Positions 58,302-64,000 of a DNA stretch of 64,000 bases are shown piece after piece (within the stretch, counting starts at the first letter, position 1; each line of letters opens with the position of its first letter). The notes under the pieces were generated by a model. That model ran no database searches. It worked only from the letters and a program-made list of their open reading frames with translations, and was not told where the DNA came from. The stretch spans positions 558,001 through 622,000 of the forward strand of contig JANHCV010000002.1 of the NCBI GenBank assembly GCA_025594325.1. Direction: 5' to 3'. The position numbers and the translations under genes were made by a program. This DNA comes from Blastocladiella emersonii ATCC 22665. Lineage: Eukaryota; Fungi; Blastocladiomycota.

Positions 58302-60005
58302 ATGTATCACTTGTTGCAACCTAGCGGCAGGCGCCGCAACCGTGGTTCTGGCGCTGTTCAGCGCCCGACCCGTGAACCTCCTCTGGAACTTACCACTGCA
58401 CCGACTGGAGCTGGCGCCCTCCCTTCTCTTGCTGATTATCGCTGGCCTGGGTCTGGAATGCATCGGAACTACGTTGTGTCCGCCCAGGACTTTTTCCGCG
58501 ACAAGGCGCTGCCTGGTATCAGCGCCCGCTACACAACGCGCCGCACGCTTTTGGACGTTCTCAAGAAGCTCTGTGACTCGGCGAAGCAGTGCCGCGATGA
58601 AGCAAACATCATCTTCCGCCAATACGAGCGACTTTACGGACCAGTAGAGCTTGCACGTCTTCTCAGCGACTACGAGAACGTCGTGGCAGTTTTCCGCACT
58701 GTCACAGATCCTACGGCTGCAAGCGACCTCGAAAGCATCTCCGACACCCGAATTCGTGCGGCCGCTGCCGCTTACCTCAGCGGCGCTGCGCATCGCAAAC
58801 CACTCTTTCGCCCTGAAGGCTCGGAAACCTTCTACCGCGACTTGGCCGAACAATTCGTTGTCTACTTGGACGTGACGGTCAAAGTGTTTGGGGACTACAT
58901 GTCAGACCTTGTTGGTTATCTTGCGACTGATTATGCCATGACCCTTGAATTTGATTACCGCGAGGAGTATTTAAGGCAGCACCTCAAGCCCGGCGCGACT
59001 GGCCTGCAGCGGCACCAGGCAAAGCTTGATGCAGACGATGAACTCATCGAGTATATCACGAAAACGCTCGAGTCCGAAATCAAGTTTTGCCTTGGCAGCG
59101 AGGGCGATATGGAGCACCCGCTTCACGTCATTGCTGTCCTGCCGAAGGTTATCAAGCGCTACATTCAACGAGGCGTCCTCCCTAAGGCTTACGATTACCT
59201 GGAGCTTCTTCCGGGACCTCGACCAGTACACACCCTTCTCATTTGAAGCTTTTCGCGACCTTGTCATCGTAGACGCCCAACCGAGTCCCGAGCTTCCGCC
59301 TGTTGTTGCTCGCCCTGCTGAGGCTATTGCGGCCCTCCTTGGATCTGAGGACATGCCGCCCATCGCCAGCGAGGCCGTCCAACTGCAGCACGTCGAGCAG
59401 GTCGAGACGTGGCTCCGCGCTGGTGTTGCGCATGACCTTGCTGTGTGGGACGCGACGCTCAGCAGTATGTTCCATTTCGTCAAACTTGAGCGGCTGTGGA
59501 AGAAACCACCGACCGATGCGACAAACTCGACTGAAACGCGCCTTTTGCGCTCGTTTATGGGTGCATTCTATGTCCGCGGCAACAACATTCGCGTTCTCAC
59601 GTACCAGAATGGCGTCCTGCCGCACAGCCCTGATTTCCTCGACGTCACTCGCGAGGAAATGGAAACGCTTTGCGCTCGCTTTGCGCTCGCATTGACGAGT
59701 GGCACATGCACCATGACCCGCCAGCGAAGCAGTTGGAGGCCATGGCGCTGCAGGGCGACGGCCCCGCGTCCGCGCGCAACCGTGGTCCCGCAGTCCACGG
59801 TCACGACTCACTTGATTCGTCCGCCCGGCAGCGCAACGCGGCTTCCGGTGCCAAGCGCGCCAACGACGGGAAGCTCGACGATGACGGTTGGGCCTCGGAC
59901 AGCTCGTGGGAAAGTGAAGCATCGCTTGATTTCACGGATGGCGGGTTCCAAGAGACCGCAGCTGAGCCCAAGTACACTATCCCTTGGCTTGACTTTGACG
60001 ATTAG
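58302..60005 (+). pseudogene. Unknown family D, copy 1; frameshifts at about 59200 and about 59675
   Basis: MYHLLQ...YRWPGSG...PGISARYTT; homology to copies 3/4 continues in other frames (FEAFRDL...VEQVETWLRAG; ARIDEW). Confidence 0.8.
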
Positions 60006-60216
60006 GTGCGGACGTCGCTCGTGTCGATTAGTCAATTGAAAATATACATCCAGCTTTTGTTCAATTAGTCCGGTTCGCGCCACAGATAGCGCGCTTGTGT
60101 CGTTCGAACAAAACGTAGGTTGAGCGCGATGTCCAAAACCTAGTGACTGAATATCCTGAACCAGTAGTACAGCACATCACTCTGCTTAGGGCGCTACCTC
60201 GCCGACGAACAGCAAA

Positions 60217-60238
60217 ACGCGTCGGAAGATCGTGTTAG
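60217..60238 (+). promoter_or_regulatory. Degenerate motif 2 copy (ACGCGTCGGAAGATCGTGTTAG)
   Basis: Upstream of family-D copy 2. Confidence 0.45.
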
Positions 60239-60441
60239 TGATTGCTGAGGTGATGAGATGTGCGCGGAGGTCTCGGAATATGAGAGAAACAGTTTCCCTG
60301 GGGTGAATGCTGAATGCATTCGGGCTGTATGTGAGCATCAGATGATGAGCACATATGCGCATTCGTTTGCAACGAAACTGGCTGTCAGCACTCGGTGCTC
60401 GTTTTCGCTCCTCGAAGCCACGTACAACGCATCTCACGAAA

Positions 60442-61248
60442 ATGCCCTCGCGCGGCGCGACGAGTCAGAGCAACTACAAGCGTAGTGGCTCGAAGTGCCG
60501 CGGCAGTCCGTCTAGCTCCGACACTCGCACTGAATACCTGGACTTGGCCCCGCCTGACGTCGAGGTTCAACACGGACTTAGTAACCGTTGACCACTTGGT
60601 CCATCCAACGCTGGAACGGACGTCTCAACTACAAGTAATCTTATAGGCGGCGCAACAGTGGCGACCGAGGAGCACGCTCACTGCATCCTCGTCCACAACG
60701 AAGACTTGACCATCCTTCAGCGGCTCAACAAATCGGCAATGGCGTGCATGGTCGACGCCACGCGCATCTTTTGCCTCTACGCGAGCCGCCACGGTAGACG
60801 AGAGCTTGCTTCGCTACTCGAGTCTCGACAAGAAGTGAGAGCGGTGTTTCAAGCCTTGGCAAACCCAAATCGTCTACGCGGAATCCAAAGTATTGTCGAT
60901 CCCTACATTCGCTCGGTGGTAGCTGACTACCATCGCGATCGCCACGCAACGCCAGTCTTTCTTCCGGCCGGCTCGGATACTTTTTATCATGAGTTGGCCG
61001 GGTACTAGTTCAAAATTGTCTCGGCGAACGCCAAAAGCGTTCGCGAACAGTTCTTGGATCAGCTTGCGGACGATGTGACGGCGGGGGAAATGAAGCTTGA
61101 GCCCGACTTCTGCGAACGTTTTCTACAGGAGCACATCAAGCCTAGAATGACCGAGAAACAACGTATCAGGGCTGAACGCTCGGCGAAGGCAACCCTTGTT
61201 GAACGCGTCAAGGCTCAGATGATGCGCGAAATCGAGCTCCAAATTTGA
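60442..61248 (+). pseudogene. Unknown family D, copy 2 (degenerate, truncated; in-frame TAG at 61006)
   Basis: RELASLLESRQEVRAVF...FLPAGSDTFYHELAGY*FK aligns with copies 1, 3, 4. Confidence 0.75.
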
Positions 61249-61314
61249 TTTGGCATGCATTTCAGTCATTGAATATCTAACCTGCGGCAGAAGGGCGTCG
61301 GGTTGAATAAACGC

Positions 61315-61355
61315 GAGACGCGTCGCGAAATCATGTGAGTTTCAGCTGATGTGGC
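61315..61355 (+). promoter_or_regulatory. Motif 2 copy with second E-box (GAGACGCGTCGCGAAATCATGTGAGTTTCAGCTGATGTGGC)
   Basis: 114 bp upstream of the copy 3 ATG; the tail TCAGCTGATGTGGC equals the reverse half of motif 1. Confidence 0.7.
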
Positions 61356-61450
61356 TTGGGTTCATCATGCCCCGCCTGCGATTCGATAAGCCTGAGGGTG
61401 CCGGGATGCGCACCCTCGCTTAGCGAACCCATGCAGCTGAAGTAAAAACC

Positions 61451-62708
61451 ATGTATCACTCCATGCAACGCGGTGGCAAGCGCGGTCGTGGTCGCGGCCG
61501 CGGTCAACACCGCCAACCTGGTCCTACCGGTCCTCCGCCTGGCACGCCGATGCCGCCTCCGCTGGACCCTCCCGTCGCGCCAGTCGGGCTCGAAGTTCGA
61601 CCGGGCCCTGACGACTACCGTTGGGCTGGCTCCGGCGATGTACACTCGGAGACGTTTCCCGCGTACAAGTTTTTCCGCGACACGGTCAGGCCCGGGATCT
61701 CAGCTCGATACACGACGCGCGACGAGATCATGGACGTGCTTAGTAAACTTGGCGCTGGGATGAAGCAATGCCGCGCAGAAGTGGTAGACATCTTTCGCCA
61801 GTTCGAGCGTCTCTATGGGACTCGCGAGCTCGCCATCTTTCTCGAGGCCCGCGTAAACGTCGAGGCTGTTTTTCGTGCCGTTTGGGACGCTACGATTGCA
61901 AACGATCTCGAAAGCATTCCCGATGCCCGCATCCGTGCGGCAGTCACTGCTCACCGCCGCGCCAGATCGCCTCGACCAATCTTCCGCCCCGAGGGTTCCG
62001 ATTCCTTTTATCGCGAGGTGGGCGAGTTCTACTTCGAGACCATTCTCCGGACTGCCGATCGGGTCATCGTTACCTTTCTAGGCGAGCTTATCGAGGACCT
62101 GGCGGAGGACTACGTCGTGAATCTCGATTTCGACCCGTGGGAGGACGCCATGCGGCGACTTCGTCCTGGTGCTACACGGCGCGAGCGACGCAAGGCCGAG
62201 GAGGACGCAGAGCGGGAGCTCGTTGATCACGTCAGGCGCCAGCTCACCCGCGACATCGAGTTCTGCCTTGAGCAAGCTTCAGACAAGGATCGCCCACTCC
62301 AAATCGTTAGCGCCGGCGGCCATCGGCGCCATCAAGTCGCTCGACGTGCAGCGGGTTGAGGCGTGGCTCCGCGCTGGCATCGCTCTTGGACTCGAAAAGT
62401 GGGACACGGTGCTCCGCGTCAAGGACCACTTTCTTAAGCCCGAGCACGTGTGGACGCTGGAACCGGCGGACGAATCGGGGGCGAACACCACTCGCCGCCG
62501 TCGCTGGTTTGTCGGCCCAATTTTCGCGATCGAGGGCAAGTTTTGCATCTTTGGCTACGAGGGCGGGGTCCGGCCGACCGACGACACATTCATTCTTCCA
62601 CCCGAGGACCTCCAAGCGATCGTTGCCCGCATTGACGAGTGGCGCGCGCACGAGGACCAGCTCTCGCAGCAGCTCAAGTCCCTGTCGATTCGGTCGCGGC
62701 GCCGCTAG
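61451..62708 (+). pseudogene. Unknown family D, copy 3; internal deletion plus frameshift at about 62310
   Basis: MYHSMQRGGKRGRG...PGISARYTT; C-terminal VEAWLRAG...ARIDEW in another frame; about 60 aa missing relative to copy 4. Confidence 0.75.
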
Positions 62709-62835
62709 CGCTGTTGTTTCCTCGGCGTTCGTACCCTTGAATCGTGGTCGCCGTTAGCGATAAACGGCTTTTGTGTTGTATGCTATCAATAAATACCCAG
62801 CGGAGGGAACGGGGTTGACGTCTGCTGTGAGACAT

Positions 62836-62860
62836 GAGACGCGTCGATGAATCATGTGAG
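62836..62860 (+). promoter_or_regulatory. Motif 2 copy (GAGACGCGTCGATGAATCATGTGAG)
   Basis: 97 bp upstream of the copy 4 ATG. Confidence 0.7.
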
Positions 62861-62954
62861 GGATACTCCAAAATTGAAACTCCGTGAGTGGCCTCAATCG
62901 AGCCACCACGATCCCATCTCTCCCCTCCGCAATCACACACCACCACGTAAACCA

Positions 62955-64000
62955 ATGAATGACTCCGTGAAACGTGTTGGCAAGAAGCGCAGGGCGACGC
63001 TTCCGCCGTTGGATCCGCCCGCGGCGCTCGCCGGCGACGAGGTCCTTCCCACGGCGGAGGACTACCGCCGCGTCGGGACCGGCGAGCTCGTATCCGTGGT
63101 CCGATCCGCTTCGGCTTACTTCCGCAACACGATGAAGCCCGGCATCGCTGCTCGCTACACGAACAGCGCCGAGTACGGGCCGCTCTTTGACAAGCTCAAC
63201 GAGGCGGCCAAGCAGCTCCGCCACGAGGTCTCCAACGTCTTCCACCACTATCAGCGCATATTCAGCACCAAGGAGCTTGCCCTTCTCCTCGAGTCTTGGG
63301 AGCGCGTCGAGCTGACTTTCCGCGCGCTCACCGACGACTACTTTCTCACCAACTTCAATCGGGTCCAAGACCACCGCATCCGCGCCGCCATCGTTGCTCA
63401 CCTCCGTTTCGGCAACCAAGGTTCGATGTTTCGCCCACCCGGATCCGCGACCTACTTTCGCGACGTTGCCCACAACTATTTTAAAATGACGGGCGTGGCC
63501 GCTGCAAAAAATCGAGACGCGTACATTGACGAGCTTGCCGCGGCCATGACGAATCGCGAGCTTGGGCTTCCGGGTTCGGACTCTAAGGTCAGCCAGCACG
63601 AACGGAACAAGGTTTTCGATGCCAAGATTGAAGAGGTCAAGCGCATGCTCGCGCACAATTATGTCCCGAACCGGCCGCTGCTTGCCCTTGCTGCCTTCCC
63701 CACGATTCGAAAGCGCTTGATTCGCGAGGGTGTGCTTACCGAAGCCAACAAGTACCCGACGATTTTCCTCCGCAATCACGAGTTTGGCCCCTTCATCATC
63801 CTCACGTTCGATGCGTTTTGCGACCTCTTCATCATTGGCCAGCGCCCGCACCGCGAGCTTCCGCCCGTCATGCCGCTGCAGACTGACGCCGTGGCTGCGC
63901 TTATCGGGCTCAACGGCGCGCCGCCCGCGCCCATTGAACGCATCCGCGCGCAGGACGTCGATCAGGCCGAGGCGTGGCTCCGTGCCAGCGTCGAGCACGG
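62955..64000 (+). CDS. Unknown family D, copy 4; open to the window end (absent from the ORF track because no stop is reached)
   Basis: Manual translation MNDSVKRVGKKRRATLPPLDPP...KPGIAARYTN...FRPPGSATYFRD...LTFDAFCDL...VDQAEAWLRAS, with no stop in about 348 codons. Confidence 0.85.
   Translation, partial: MNDSVKRVGKKRRATLPPLDPPAALAGDEVLPTAEDYRRVGTGELVSVVRSASAYFRNTMKPGIAARYTNSAEYGPLFDKLNEAAKQLRHEVSNVFHHYQRIFSTKELALLLESWERVELTFRALTDDYFLTNFNRVQDHRIRAAIVAHLRFGNQGSMFRPPGSATYFRDVAHNYFKMTGVAAAKNRDAYIDELAAAMTNRELGLPGSDSKVSQHERNKVFDAKIEEVKRMLAHNYVPNRPLLALAAFPTIRKRLIREGVLTEANKYPTIFLRNHEFGPFIILTFDAFCDLFIIGQRPHRELPPVMPLQTDAVAALIGLNGAPPAPIERIRAQDVDQAEAWLRASVEH

Noticed and set aside
62754-63998. 414-aa minus-strand ORF
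   Set aside because: Antisense shadow of family-D copy 4, which is open on the plus strand and homologous to its neighbours

Overview
Eukaryotic genomic DNA, most likely from an early-diverging (zoosporic, Chytridiomycota/Blastocladiomycota-like) fungus. This is inferred from short GT(A/G)CGT...YAG spliceosomal introns, fungal-type housekeeping genes, a hybrid histidine kinase and TmcB-like proteins. The window is a mosaic. Very GC-rich blocks carry conserved genes: HCS1/IGHMBP2 helicase, a 7TM-GAF hybrid histidine kinase, PQ-loop transporter, SSU72, a coiled-coil protein, LSG1, a CE4 deacetylase-like protein, two UNC-93-like MFS genes, NDUFA7, two TmcB-like genes and JJJ1. These alternate with visibly less GC-rich accessory islands (about 1-10.3 kb, 12.9-13.2 kb, 15-18.5 kb, 27.3-29.1 kb, 32.6-34.2 kb, 55.3-64 kb). 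The islands hold a decaying modular F-box gene family, a 4-copy tandem family of unknown function, a 1.28-kb element with perfect 104-bp inverted repeats, and partial gene duplicates. The main unexplained signal is that accessory genes with no recognisable protein similarity between families share a composite upstream element, mostly about 85-120 bp before the start codon. It consists of an ACGCGT (MCB-like) box plus an E-box (CANNTG) at a fixed spacing of 8 or 10 nt, found at least 13 times, which suggests a common regulon (or shared mobile-unit ends) for fast-evolving accessory genes. Most long ORFs in the supplied track are GC-driven shadow ORFs. All calls are by eye; no database search was run.
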